From NCBI RefSeq assembly GCF_004010195.1, contig NC_057753.1, forward strand, positions 6,841,960 to 6,905,959: 64,000 nt of DNA, given 5' to 3'. Below the pieces are notes generated by a model that saw only the letters and a program-made list of their open reading frames with translations, made no database searches and had not been told where the DNA came from. The DNA comes from Chiloscyllium plagiosum (taxonomy: Eukaryota). Shown one piece after another: positions 26,769 through 38,499 of the stretch (position 1 is its first letter; every line of letters starts with the position of its first letter). Made by a program: the position numbers and the translations under genes.

Positions 26769-28130
26769 ATGGAAGAGAAGAACACCAGTCCCAGTGCGGA
26801 GGGATCACGGGAAGGTGGGGATGGTGGAAAGGAATTGAGTCCCATGTCTGAGCTGGAATCTCATCAACACAGTCACACAGGGAAGAAGCCATTCATCTGC
26901 TCCCAGTGTGGGAAGGAATTCACTGAATTATCCAACCTCCTCAGCCACCAGCACGTCCACACTGGAGAGAAACCATTCAAATGTCCAGACTGTGGGAAGT
27001 GCTACAAATGTTCCAAGGACTTGGTGTCTCACCAACGTGTTCACACTGTAGAGAGACCGTTCAAGTGCTCTCACTGCGGAACTGGGTTCAGGTTGCCATC
27101 GCAACTGACTGTACACCAGCGGATTCACACCGGGGAGAGGCCGTTCATCTGCTCTGAGTGTGGGAAAGGATTCACTCGGTCGTCTGACCTGCTCAAACAC
27201 CAGCGGGGTCACACTGAGGAGAGACCGTTCCGGTGCTCCCACTGTGGGACTGGTTTCAAGCAATCGTACGATCTCACCGTGCACCAACGAATTCACACTG
27301 GGGAGAGGCCGTACTCCTGCTCCGAGTGCGGGAAGGACTTCACTCGTTTGTCCAATCTGCTCAGTCACCAACAAGTTCACACCGATGAGAAACCTTTTAA
27401 GTGTCCAGAGTGTGGGAAGGGCTATAAAAATTCATGGAAACTGAAGTCCCATCAACGTGTTCACTCTGACGAGAGACCGTTTCGATGCTCTGACTGTGGG
27501 ATGATGTTCAAGCGATCATTTCAACTCACTGTTCACCAGCGCATTCACACCGGTGATGGGTTATTCACCTGCTCCAAGTGTGGGAAGGGATTCACTCAGT
27601 TATCCAATCTCCAGTCACATCAGCTAGTTCATACCGATGAGAGGCCTTTTCAGTGCACGGACTGTGGAAAGAGTTTTAAAAGTTCTGCAGGACTGATCCG
27701 TCATCAACGTATTCACTCTGATGAGAAACCGTTCATGTGTTCTCAGTGCGGAGCGAGGTTCACACAGTCATATACTCTCACTGTGCACCAGCGAGTTCAC
27801 ACTGGGGAGAGGCCATTCACCTGCTCCGAGTGTGGGAAAGGATTCCGTCGAGCATCCAACCTACTGGAACATCAGCGGGTTCACGCCACGGAGAGACCTT
27901 TTAAATGTTCAGCCTGTGAGAAGAGCTTCAAATGTGCCCGGGACCTTATGTCCCATCAGTGTGCACCCGCTGAAGCGACACCCTTCAGATGCTCTCATTG
28001 CGCGCCTGAGTTGGAGCAGTCATCCCAGTTCTCTGTAGATCAGCGACTCCACACTGAGCAACAACTGTTTATCTGCTCCGAGTGTGGGAGGAGTTTCACT
28101 CCATCATCCAAATTGCTGACACACGAGTGA
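26769..28130 (+). CDS. Tandem C2H2 zinc-finger protein, 453 aa: 12 canonical and 3 degenerate fingers, no effector domain visible
   Basis: Uninterrupted ORF with TGE(K/R)P linkers; ATG at 26769 in an aacATGg context; polypyrimidine tract and AG acceptor at 26665-26666; AATAAA at 28510-28515. Confidence 0.9.
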   Translation: MEEKNTSPSAEGSREGGDGGKELSPMSELESHQHSHTGKKPFICSQCGKEFTELSNLLSHQHVHTGEKPFKCPDCGKCYKCSKDLVSHQRVHTVERPFKCSHCGTGFRLPSQLTVHQRIHTGERPFICSECGKGFTRSSDLLKHQRGHTEERPFRCSHCGTGFKQSYDLTVHQRIHTGERPYSCSECGKDFTRLSNLLSHQQVHTDEKPFKCPECGKGYKNSWKLKSHQRVHSDERPFRCSDCGMMFKRSFQLTVHQRIHTGDGLFTCSKCGKGFTQLSNLQSHQLVHTDERPFQCTDCGKSFKSSAGLIRHQRIHSDEKPFMCSQCGARFTQSYTLTVHQRVHTGERPFTCSECGKGFRRASNLLEHQRVHATERPFKCSACEKSFKCARDLMSHQCAPAEATPFRCSHCAPELEQSSQFSVDQRLHTEQQLFICSECGRSFTPSSKLLTHE

Positions 28131-29019
28131 GTTCACACCTCTGAGAGGCTGTTCACTTGCTCTTGAGTGCGGGAATGTTTTTGTTGGAACATCAGCATGG
28201 TCACACCGATGAAAAACTGAGAGAAAGGAATTGAAACTTCCTGGGACCTGACCTCCCATTGTGTTCTTTGAGAGACTGTTAGCTGCTTTCACTATCAAAT
28301 AGGGTTCGGGGTGATTACTACTGTACACCGGCGAATGTGGAGGGGCCGTTCTCCTGCTCACTCAAGTCATCCAGCTTTGTTGATGTACCAGCGCATTCAT
28401 AATGAACTGGAGTTTGCTGTTGATCACATCCAGGAAACAACAGAGTTTATCAGGCTGACATTCAAAACTCCGAACCAGTTGTGGGTATTAATATTCCGGT
28501 TTAAAAGGAAATAAATCCGCCTTATGCTAAACAGATTGTCTGTTGAGTCTTTTCAATGTCACTTACACAAGTTAGCTCCTTTTGAGAAGCTCCACCTGTC
28601 GCCTGTCCTCTCCATCCTCACCACCAACACAAGTATAAGGAGCACATGAAGCTTCTTTGTCAGGAATACTGAGATAACCTGATCTGCTGTTTCCTTCCTT
28701 CTACCACAAGCCAGCGGCTCAATCTCCTCCCAACTGTAAACCTGCACTCTCCTCTTTCTCCAGATTTTGTCCTATGACTGCATCCGGCCCTATGTGTTCA
28801 CCTTCACCGTGTAGCCTTCCTCTTTCTGCCTGACCCTGTTCTCTCTGAAATATGGATCACTAAACTTCCTCAGTTTGTTGATATTGCTAACCATTTTCTT
28901 TCTCTTCTGATACTGTCTTAGACTTAACCCCATTGTCAACATTCATTCTCAAAGCATCTTCTTTAACTCATCACCATTCCAAACCCCACCCCTCGCCACC
29001 CTCCCTTTCCTCTCCAATT

Positions 29020-29575
29020 CATAGAATCGCTACAGTGTGGAAACGGGCCCTTCGACCCAACAAGGTCCACATCGACCCTCCAAACAGTAACCCACCCGGA
29101 CCCAAACAGTAACCCACCCGGACCCAATCCGCCCACTCTATATTTACCCCTGACTAATGCACCTAACCTACACATCCCTGAACACTATGGGGCTATTTAG
29201 TACAGTCAATTCACCTCACCTGCGCATCTTTGGACTCTGGGAGGAAACCGGAGCACCTGGAGGAAACCCACGCAGACACAGGGAGAATGTACAAACTCCA
29301 CCCGGGTTCCTGCTGCTGTAATAAAAGCAAATTACTACGGATGCTGGAATCTGAAACCAAAAGAGAAAATGCTGGAAAATCTCAGCAGGGCTGGCAGCAT
29401 CTGTAAGGAGAGAAAAGGGCTGATGTTTCGAGTCGAACTGACCCTTTGTCAAAGCTTTGACAAAGGGTCAGTTAGACTCGCAAAGTCAGCTCTTTTCCCT
29501 CCTTACAGATGCTGCCAGACCTGCTGAGATTTTCCACCACCTGCTGCTGTAAGCAGTGCGAACCACTGAGCCACC
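29020..29575 (-). mobile_element. HE1-type SINE split by a palindromic PLE insertion
   Basis: SINE tail and core at 29020-29310; head resumes at 29553 (gcagtgcgaaccactgagccacc). Confidence 0.85.
29322..29539. mobile_element. Fold-back PLE-terminus element with variant hammerhead cores
   Basis: TSD CCTGCTGCTGTAA at 29309-29321 and 29540-29552; palindrome centred on AAGCTT at 29452-29457. Confidence 0.85.
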
Positions 29576-29584
29576 AAGCCCCCA

Positions 29585-29790
29585 AAGTTTTTGTACTTGC
29601 TGCCCCTCAAGGATCTATCCTTGGTCCTTCCTATTTGTCATCAACGTGCTGCCAGGAGGTAACATTTTCCAAGAGCCCTGCATTAGTTTTCACATGTATG
29701 CTGACAAATGCCCAGCTTTACCTCAAAAGTGTCCCTCTCCATTGCTCCACTGCTACTCAATTATCAAACTTCTTAGTGCGTATCTGTCTC
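29585..29790 (+). mobile_element. L2-like LINE RT relic
   Basis: PQGSILGP-coding segment, homologous to 40905-41120. Confidence 0.6.
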
Positions 29791-29919
29791 TTCACTTCAA
29801 ATCATTTCAATTCGAGACATGTTCGGTACAGACAAAATGCCAATGAGGTGAACAGATCCCACAAGCTCTTGACGTGTTGCTTTCCATTTCCAAAATCCAC
29901 CAACCCAATCCCTGTGGCT

Positions 29920-31785
29920 CCTGAGAAACTTGGGCCCAACATGGGATGTGGGAGGCAGGGAGACAGGAATCCACCATAACCATTCCCCTCAAACAAGTAC
30001 ACCATTTTAGATACTGTTGTTGGTGGTGGTGGGGGCGGGGGGTTCACAATGACCATTCAGGGAAAATAGCAGTAGCCAGTTCAGTGGCCGTACGACTGGC
30101 TCTAGGACACTTTGGGAAAGGGAAAAAGTAAACATGACTTTCGTGATAGGAGACTCAATAGTTGGGGAGGCGGGGGGAGATAGACTGGAGATTCTTTGCT
30201 CACAAATGGGAATCAGGATGGTGTGTTGCCTCCCAGGTGCCAGGGCAACTGCAGACTGTACTCAAGAGGGAGGGTGAGCAGACAGAAGTCATTGTGCATG
30301 TTGGCACAAGTGGCATAGGTAGAAATAGGGATGCGGTCCTGATGACTGATTATAGAGAGATAGGAATAAAGTTTAAAAACCAGGACCTCAACAGTGGTAA
30401 GCTCCAGGATATGGCAGATGAATGCGTGGAGAAAGAATTGGTGCAGGGGCCAAGAATTCAGATTTTGAGATCATTGGGATCTTTTCTCGGGCAGAGGTGA
30501 CCTGTTCAAGAGGGACGGTTTGCACCTGAACTGGAGGGGGACCAATACCTCGGTGACCAAGTTTGTTAGTGCTACAAGGGAGGGTTTATACTAGATTGCC
30601 AGGTGGGAACCTCAACAGCGGGGAGGCAAGTACAAGGCTGATGCAGTGGAGAAGATGCAGTAATCAGAAATAGTAAAGTGAGGAGGCAGGTCAGGCTGGA
30701 ATATGACAAGGAGTAAGAAATGCCTGTTGGATTAAATTGCATCTGTTTCAATGCTAGATGGCTGACCGGTAAGGGAAGCACAGCAGGTGAGGCAGCATCT
30801 GAGGGGCAGGAGAATTGACATTTCGGGCATAAGCCTTTCATCAGGACTTATGCCCGAAATATTTTTTTCTTCTTTTCTTTTCCAGCACCACACTTTCGAC
30901 TGATCTGCAGTCCTCACTTTCTCCTGGCTGACAGGTAAGGCCGATGAACTCGGCATGGATAGGTATGTGGGACTGGGATATTATAGCCATTACAGAAACA
31001 TGGCTAAGGGAGGGATAGGACTAGCAGCTTCAGGTGCCAGGGTACAAGTACTTTAGGCAGGACAAAAGTGGTGGAAAGAGGGGAGGGGTGGTTACATTTT
31101 TGATTAAGACGAGTATCACAGCAGTAATCAGAATTAAATAAAGAAGAAACATCCAGTGAGACTTCGTGGGTGGAGCTAAGAAATAAGGGTATGATGATAT
31201 TATTGGGGTTGTACTATCGGCCCCCAAATAGTCAACGGGAATTAGAGGAACAAATATTCGGGAGTTTGGGAGACTTGCAGGAGCAGTAGGGTTGTCACTG
31301 TAGTGGATTTTAATTCTTCTAACATAGAGTGGGACAGCCAGAGTGTTAAAGGCTTAGATGGGGTAGAATTGTTAAATACATACAGGAGAGTTTCCCCAAT
31401 CAGGATTTGGAGGGTCCTACTCGGGAAGGGACAAAACTCGACCTACTTTTGGGAAATAGGGAGGACAGATGACGGAGGTGACAGTGGGGAGCACTTTGGG
31501 ATTGAAGTAGTTTGTTTGCAGATAAAGGGACCTCCGGCAAGTGGGGGAGGCTTTTAAAAGTGAGATAGTGAGAGCTCAAGGTCTATGTGTCCCTGTGAGC
31601 GTGATTGACAAGGTTGGCAGGAATAGGGAACAGTAGATGACAAGAGATATTGAGGCTTTGACCAGAAAAAAGGAGGAATGCCATAGATACAGGCAGCTGG
31701 GATCTAGGGAATCCCTAGAGGTGTATAGGGACACAGTAGTGTACTGAAGAAGGAATTCGGGCATGCAAAGAGGGGGTCATGAGAT
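29920..31785 (+). mobile_element. CR1 5' part: ORF1 SGNH-esterase-like relic and APE relic
   Basis: VIGDSIV, VIVHVGT, DGLHLNW; then CFNAR...IIAITETWL and GLYYRPPNS. Confidence 0.85.
30775..30924. mobile_element. Fold-back PLE-terminus element inserted in CR1
   Basis: TSD TGGCTGAC(C/A)GGTAAGG at 30759-30774 and 30925-30940. Confidence 0.8.
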
Positions 31786-31786
31786 A

Positions 31787-32395
31787 GAACATAGAACAGT
31801 ACAGCATAGGACAGGCCCTTTGACCCTTGATGTTGTGCCAGCCTTTTTGCCTACTGTAGGATCAGACTAACCTACAATACCCTTCATCGCATTATCTTCC
31901 ATGTGCCTATCCAAGAGTCGTTTAAATGTCTAAAATGTACCTGACTCTACTACCACTGCTGGCAGTGCAGTCCACGCACCCACCTCTCTTTGTGTAAATA
32001 ACCAACCTGTGAAATCTCCCCAAAACCTTCCTCCAATCACCTAAAATATTATGCCCCCTCATGACAGACGTTTCCACCATGGGGAAAAGTCTCTGGCTAT
32101 CCACTTTATCTATGCCTCTCAACATCTTGTACACCTCTAACAAGTCACCTCTCATCCTTCTTCACTCCAATAAGAAAACCCGAGCTCCCTCAACCTTTCT
32201 TCATAAGACATGCCGTCCATCCTGCTAAATTTCCTCTGCACCCTCTCTAAAGCTTCCACATCTTTCCTACAATGAGCTGACCAGAACTGAACACGATATT
32301 CCAAGTACGGTCTAACCACAGCTCTTTCGTCTTTTGCGCTGCAGTATAACTGTGCGGCTCTTAGACTCATATACCCCTGCTAATGAAAGCCAACA
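31787..32395 (-). mobile_element. CR1 3' fragment
   Basis: LEYRVQFWSAH and RGDLLEVYKML; tagaacatagaac tail. Confidence 0.88.
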
Positions 32396-32399
32396 CATC

Positions 32400-32668
32400 A
32401 TTCCAGTTTCAGGCGACTGTCTGTCTGTGTGGAGTTTGCATGTTCTCCCCTCGTCTGTGTGGGTTTCCTTCCACAATCCAAAGATGTGCAGGTTGGGGTG
32501 GGTTGGCCATGCTAAATTGCTCCATGGTGTTCAGGGAAGTGGAGGTTAGGTGCATTAGTCGGGGGTCAATATAGGTGGATGGAGTGGGTCTGGGTGGGTT
32601 ACTCTTTGGAGGGTGGGTGTGGACTGGTTGGGCTGAAGGGCCTGTTTCCATACTGGTAGGCATTCTAA
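32400..32668 (+). mobile_element. HE1-type SINE, 5'-truncated
   Basis: SINE core and tail. Confidence 0.8.
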
Positions 32669-32754
32669 GAAAAGGTCGACCCTGACCCTCAAATAAACCT
32701 GTTGGACTGTAACCTGGTGTTGTGTCATTTTTAACTTTGTCCACCCCAGGCAAC

Positions 32755-33030
32755 ACACCGCGCACTCTCCCGTTCACCAATGGGGTGGCGGGGGCGGCTG
32801 AATGACGTGCGTCTGGCCCAATTGGAGCCCAGGGGTCGCACCTGGCCCTCCGACGCGTCATGGGGGCGGGCGGCTGGCCATCCAACCAATGGGAACGAAT
32901 GGCGGGGGTGATGCGAGCCACGTGACCGTCCTCGCGCCGAGGCAGGAACCGTTGGGACTGAACCGTGAGTGCGCGTGTGAACCGGTAAAGAAGGACGTAT
33001 CGGGACAGAGCGGAGATAAGTAGAGCTTGT
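32755..33030 (+). promoter_or_regulatory. CpG-island promoter candidate
   Basis: CpG-dense; several CCAAT, ggggcggg, TGACGT and CACGTG motifs; direction inferred from neighbouring loci. Confidence 0.65.
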
Positions 33031-33139
33031 GTGGGCTGAGAAACTTTGGTGCACTCGATTTTAGAAATCTAAGTCCCCGTATTTGCAACGAAAAGGGAAA
33101 AAAAATGCCTGCAGAGTTCGGGGTCTCGTAGGCCATGGG

Positions 33140-33335
33140 CCGTCGACGCCATCTTTATTGGGGGCAGGACCCGGCCAACATGGACTCAGCTGCCAATCGT
33201 CGCCACTTTTATTGGGGGCACTGATCACCTGACATCTCCCCGGCTGCCAATTGTCGCCATCTTTATTGGGGGCCGGGATCCGCCAGACATGTTCTCGGCT
33301 GCCAACTGCCGCCATCTTTATTAGGGGCAGTCATC
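33140..33335. repeat. 4 x 54-55 bp tandem repeat with a YY1-like CGCCATCTTT in each unit (one variant)
   Basis: CGCC starts at 33147, 33201, 33255 and 33310, each followed by attggggg or attagggg. Confidence 0.85.
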
Positions 33336-33449
33336 CGTCAGACGTTTGCCCGGCACCTAAGTTTGATTGTTACGTCAGTCCAACACCCAGCTCCTGCACA
33401 TCATGCCTGCAGCCTGTCCACCTACACAGTTGGCAGTCACACAGTACTA

Positions 33450-35735
33450 AGTTATAGACCAACAGGTTTATTTGAAAACACTAACTTTTGGAGTGTTGCT
33501 TGTGCAGCAGGACCAGAAGATACAGAATTTATAGCAAATGTGTCACAGAGTTGTAATGATATAGTAAACAAACTTAGATTAAGTCTTGCATCTTTTAGGA
33601 TGGGAAATGTTTGCTTGGGCTCTCTACAATGTAAATTCGAGAACTCGCTTTTCACTCACATCCTCAAGGTGTCTTCAGTTTACCTAACAATTGGTGTTAT
33701 CTCAAGGTAAGTCATGCAAATTTATGGGGTGGATCTGTATCTGCAGAGCTGCGTTTTATTTTTTCCTCAAAAACTGCATAAATCCATGCAATATTCTGTA
33801 AGTCCCACTTTCGAAAATAAGACTGACTCAACATTGGAACAGATTTTAAGTTCACACTGTTAATATGTTGTCTGAGCTAAGATAATACCTGTTGTTATAT
33901 GAACTGAAGCCAACTTTGTTGGTAGACCGACAGGAGACTGGAGAACACAGCAGACCAGGTAGCATCAGGAGGTGGAGAAGGTGACAGTTTTGGTGGTAGC
34001 CCTTCTGCAGGATTGGGTGTGGGGGGAGCTGTGGATAAAGGAGGTGGTGAGGTGAGGATGGGTAAAGATGGGTATAGGGTATGACCTGGTTGGTTAATGG
34101 GAGGAGTGAATCTGGTTGGTGGCAGGGAAGAGGGGATGACGTTGGAGAGGGATTCGGGGGATGCGGAGGGACATTATATGATTTGGAGGTACCGGTGTTG
34201 GACTCGGGTGGACAAAGTTAAACATCACACAACACCAGGTTATAGTCCAACAGGTTATTTGGAAAACTTTTGGAATGCTGCTCCTTTGTCAGGTAGCTAG
34301 TGTGGCAGATAGGCACAGAACTAGCTATCTGCCGAAGAAGCAGTGCTTCAAAAGCTTGTACCTGGTGTTGTGTGGTTTTCAACACAATAGAAAGAAAATG
34401 TGGTGTTGGCAGACTAAGCGTGCATGGCTGTTCCAATTAATTGGAGTGAATAAGGGGTGAGGCTGAATTTCAGATGGACAAGTCAGGAGATGTTTTCCTG
34501 GAAAATCATGATGTGGAGGTGCCAGTGTTGGACTGGGGTGGACAAAGTCAGAAGTCATATAACACCAGGTTGAGTTCTGTGGGCTGTAGACTGCCAAGGC
34601 AGAATATTAAGACCCACACAACACCAGGTTATGGTCCAACAGGTTTATCTGGAAGCATTAGCTTTAAGAGTGCTGCTCCTTCATTGGGTGGTTGTGGAGA
34701 ATAAGATTTTAAGGCATAGAATTTATAGCAGAAGTTTACAGTGTGATGTAACTGAAATTATACATTGAAAAAGATCCGGATTGTGTGTTAAGTCTCTCAT
34801 CTTTTAGAATGACCATGTTGGTTTCAGTTGTTTCATATTGTAAATTGCAAAACGTTTTTAAAAAGTTACATTCTCAAGTGCACTTTAACAATTGGTGTCT
34901 TGTCGGCTCAGATAAGGTATTGAAGGTGTTAACTCCCTGTGAGGCTGTCTGTGCCACAATGGTCAGACTGATTCTAACCTAAAAAACAGATTTACAGAAT
35001 ATTACATGGATTTATCCAGTTTTTGAGCAAAATAAAATGTAATTCTGCAAGTACAAATTCACCCCACAAACTTTTATGTGTATGTTTGCATGTGTTTTTG
35101 GTGGGTGGGGGGAGGTAGAGGGGTTATGAGTGTCTGTTAGAGGTGTGTGTGAGTGTAAAGGGATATAAGGCTGTGTGTGGGAGTCTATGAGAGAGGGTGT
35201 GCGTCTCAAATTCCAAATAACCTCCCTTCCCAGTCCCTCCCCCTCCCTTCCACTCCTCCCAGCCACCAACCAGGTCTATTCCTCCCATTGCTGGAAATGT
35301 GTTGCTGGAAAAGTGCAGCAGGTCAGCCAGCATCCAGGGAACAGGAGAATCGATGTTTCGGGCATAAGCCCTTCTTCAGGAAGGCTTATGTCCGAAACGT
35401 TGATTCTCCTGTTCCCTGGATGTTGCCTGACCTGCTGCGCATTTCCAGCTCTGATCTCCAGCATCTGCAGACCTCACTTTCTCCTCAAATATTCCTTCCA
35501 TTGACCAACCAGGTTGTACCCTCTGCCTGTCTTCACATGTCTCCGCCTCATCACCCTGACCCTGCCACCCTGTTTATCCCCCCAACCCCACCCCTCCCCA
35601 CCCAGTCCTGAAGAAGGGATACACCCAAAATATTTTCTTCTTTACTTCCTGATTCCACGTGGGTTGCTGTGTTCCTCCAGCCTCCTGTGTCTATTTTGGA
35701 TTCCAGCATCAGCAGTTTTGTTTTGTGTCTAGCCA
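33450..35735. mobile_element. Pile-up of PLE terminal-repeat fragments from several families
   Basis: Repeated acacaacaccaggttatagtccaacagg motif (same family as 59760-62270), plus a second family at 33920-34170 and 35205-35735. Confidence 0.75.
35291..35489. mobile_element. Fold-back PLE-terminus element nested in another PLE terminus
   Basis: TSD TATTCCT(C/T)CCATTG at 35277-35290 and 35490-35503. Confidence 0.85.
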
Positions 35736-36029
35736 ACTTTGTAGGTGGCAAGGTGCAGTGGGATGCATGCGCAGCCTTCCTGGCAGTGGGTGAGGATTTG
35801 CAAAGAGCAAACTGAAGCCAAGAGCAATGTTTGTTTCTTCCCCAGACCTGACCGAGAGGGTGTATTTTTTCTCGGAGAGATGTTGAAGCTGGCAGTGTAA
35901 TGCAACCCATGCTTTATGCAGCATAATTGCTGCTATTATACTTCAGATACTTACTCGAGGCGAAATACTACGAACTCTGTCATAGTTCCATGTTACCCAT
36001 TGCAGCCTCACTGCAGGGAACAACTAATG

Positions 36030-36480
36030 CTGAAGATCACAATGGATCAAACAGCATCCATGGAGAGAGAGAGAGAGAGAGAGAGAAAGTAAGCTAACGT
36101 TTCAAATCTTGTAGACGCGATTCCTGGAAGAGCATTAGGAGAAAGTGAGGACTGCAGATGTTGAAGATGAGAGTCAAAAAGTGTGGTGCTGGAAAAGCAC
36201 AGTAACCTTCGAGCTTATGCTCGAAACTTCGACTTTCCTGCTCCTCGGATGTTGCCTGACCTGTGGTGCTTTTCCAGCACCACAGTTTTTTGACTCCTGG
36301 AAGTGCACAGCAAGCCAGGCAGCATCAGGGGATGGAAAACCCAACGTTTCACCTTTCTTGAGGAGGGGTTATACCCAAAACATTGACTTCTCCAAATCCT
36401 GATGCTGCCTTGCGTACTGTGTTTTTTCCAGCCTCCTGTTGGTCTACTTTGTATTCCAGCATCTGAAGGTTTTTAGTCTC
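36030..36480. mobile_element. Nested fold-back PLE termini; inner element 36135-36294
   Basis: TSD TCCTGGAAG(A/T)GCA at 36122-36134 and 36295-36307. Confidence 0.75.
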
Positions 36481-36734
36481 TGCAGTACAGATTCCACCAT
36501 CTGGAGTAATTTGTTCCTACTTACTGTAGGAAGCCCTGCTTTAAAGGTTATGGCCTGATAAAGCATTTCTATTTGTCCAGTGTCCATATAACTGGAATTG
36601 TAACAACTAACACTGCTCTGATGCAACTCTGTGCACACTGATCATCTCTTGTCATTACCTGACTTCCTCAGTCTCTAATGGTGTATTTCCGTACTGTTTA
36701 CTGTTTTAATGTTACTTTCACAGACCTCTGCATG

Positions 36735-37335
36735 GAGTCATACAGCATGGAATCAGATCCTTCACTCCAGCTTGTCTGCACTGACCAAATATCACAACCT
36801 GACGGAGTTCCATTTGCCAGCATTTGGCCCATATCTCTCTAAACCCTTCTTATGCATGTACCAATCTAGATGCCATTTCAATGTTGTAATTGTACCTACC
36901 ACCCTTTACTGTGGCAGACCGTTCAATACATGTAATCTCTTGCGTGAAAAAGTTACTTCTCAAATCCTTTTCTAAATCTTTCTCTCTCATCTTCAATCCT
37001 TTGTCCTCCAGTTTTAGACTCCCCTACTCTGAGGATGAAAAAGCACCCTATTTATGTCCTTCATGGTTTTATAAATCTGAGTAGGGTCACCCCGCAGTCT
37101 CGTTTACAGGGAAAAAAAAGCCTCACCCTATTTAACCTTCCTGTAACTCAAACCTTTGAGTCCTGGCAACCTCTGAAGTTTAACACGTCCTCCCTTTAGA
37201 AGGGCAACCAAAATTGAACGCAGTATTCCACAGGAAGCCTCACCAATGTCCTGCACAGCCGCAACATGACATCCCAACTCTTATGCACAATGTTATGACC
37301 AATGAAGGCAAGTGTACCAAATGCTGCCTTGAAGA
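36735..37335 (-). mobile_element. CR1 3' fragment
   Basis: LCRTLVRLPVEYCVQFW. Confidence 0.8.
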
Positions 37336-38228
37336 CCATGGAAACAAGTTTTCTCCAGCTGACCCCCCTCTGACCATGTGCTGCTGTCTTACCAAATTGA
37401 TTATCGCATAATGTCATTCACAGTACGTAATTCTTTTTCCAGCGTGAGTCTATTTCTGACTGTCAACTTCTGTACCAGTTTTCCTTCTGTAATTGAGTTT
37501 GCACTTGATGAATCATTAACTCTCTTTCTCTCCACAGTCACCAGTGATCATTGCTGAAGTCCTGTTGCCTGTGGAGAAAGTGATATTTGACCTCCTTGTT
37601 CTGCTGCAGTTCATGTGGTGAAGGGACTCTCACAATGTGGTTAGGTAAGGAGATTCAGATTATTCACATAGTTTTTGTGAAGAGTTGACAATATATGTTG
37701 AAATTAACGATAATTTGTATTTTTATTTTCACAAAAATATTATCAAGGAACCTTTGACATGAGGGCACAGATATATTAGGTCAGGTCACCAAAAGCATTA
37801 CTAAATAAGCAGGTTTTCAGTAATATCTTAAAGGATGAAAATGGACCGGAGAGGTTTGCAGTGGGAATTCTCGACTGTGTTGCCGTGACAACTGTAGAAG
37901 CAGCCACCAATGGTGAAGCAATGAATAAGTGCATTGCTGGAATCTGAAACCAAATGAGTCATCAAGGTCTCAAAGGTTTTGTGATGCAGCGAGAAAAGGA
38001 TAGTTACAGCTAGGAATTAGCCAAGGCTCAAAATTTGAATATGTTACCTATAAGTACGAGCCTTGGTACGTCAGGGAACACTTGGTGATGGGTGAACAAG
38101 TGAGCACACGGGCAGCAGAGTTTCGATATCCTGGAGATTACAGGGAGGTTGTATGTAGGAGGTCAGCCAGGAGTGTGTTTGGATACTTACGCCTGAAGAT
38201 GAGACAGGAATGGATGAGAATTTCAGCA

Positions 38229-38450
38229 AGGTAAAAACAAGGACTGCAGATGCTGGAAACCAGACTCTAGATAATAGTGGTGCTGGAAAAGCACAGAAGG
38301 TCAGGCAGCATCCGAGGAGCAGGAAAATCGACGTTTCGGGCAAAAGCACTTCCTAGTCCTGATGAAGGGCTTTTGCCCGAATCGTTGATTTTCCTGCTCG
38401 GATGCTGCCTGACATGCTGTGCTTTTCCAGCACCACTCTAATCTAGAGAC
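38229..38450. mobile_element. Fold-back PLE-terminus element
   Basis: Perfect TSD TGAGAATTTCAGCA at 38215-38228 and 38451-38464; hammerhead-like motif at 38357-38388. Confidence 0.88.
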
Positions 38451-38499
38451 TGAGAATTTCAGCAGATGAGCTGAGACTAGGGTGGAGTTAAGTGATGCC

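Noticed and set aside
26928..28038. Antisense and alternative-frame ORFs over the ZNF
   Set aside because: Expected shadows of repetitive finger codons.
33140..33335. CRISPR-like repeat-spacer pattern
   Set aside because: The intervening sequences are homologous to each other, there are no cas genes and the context is eukaryotic; it is a tandem repeat.
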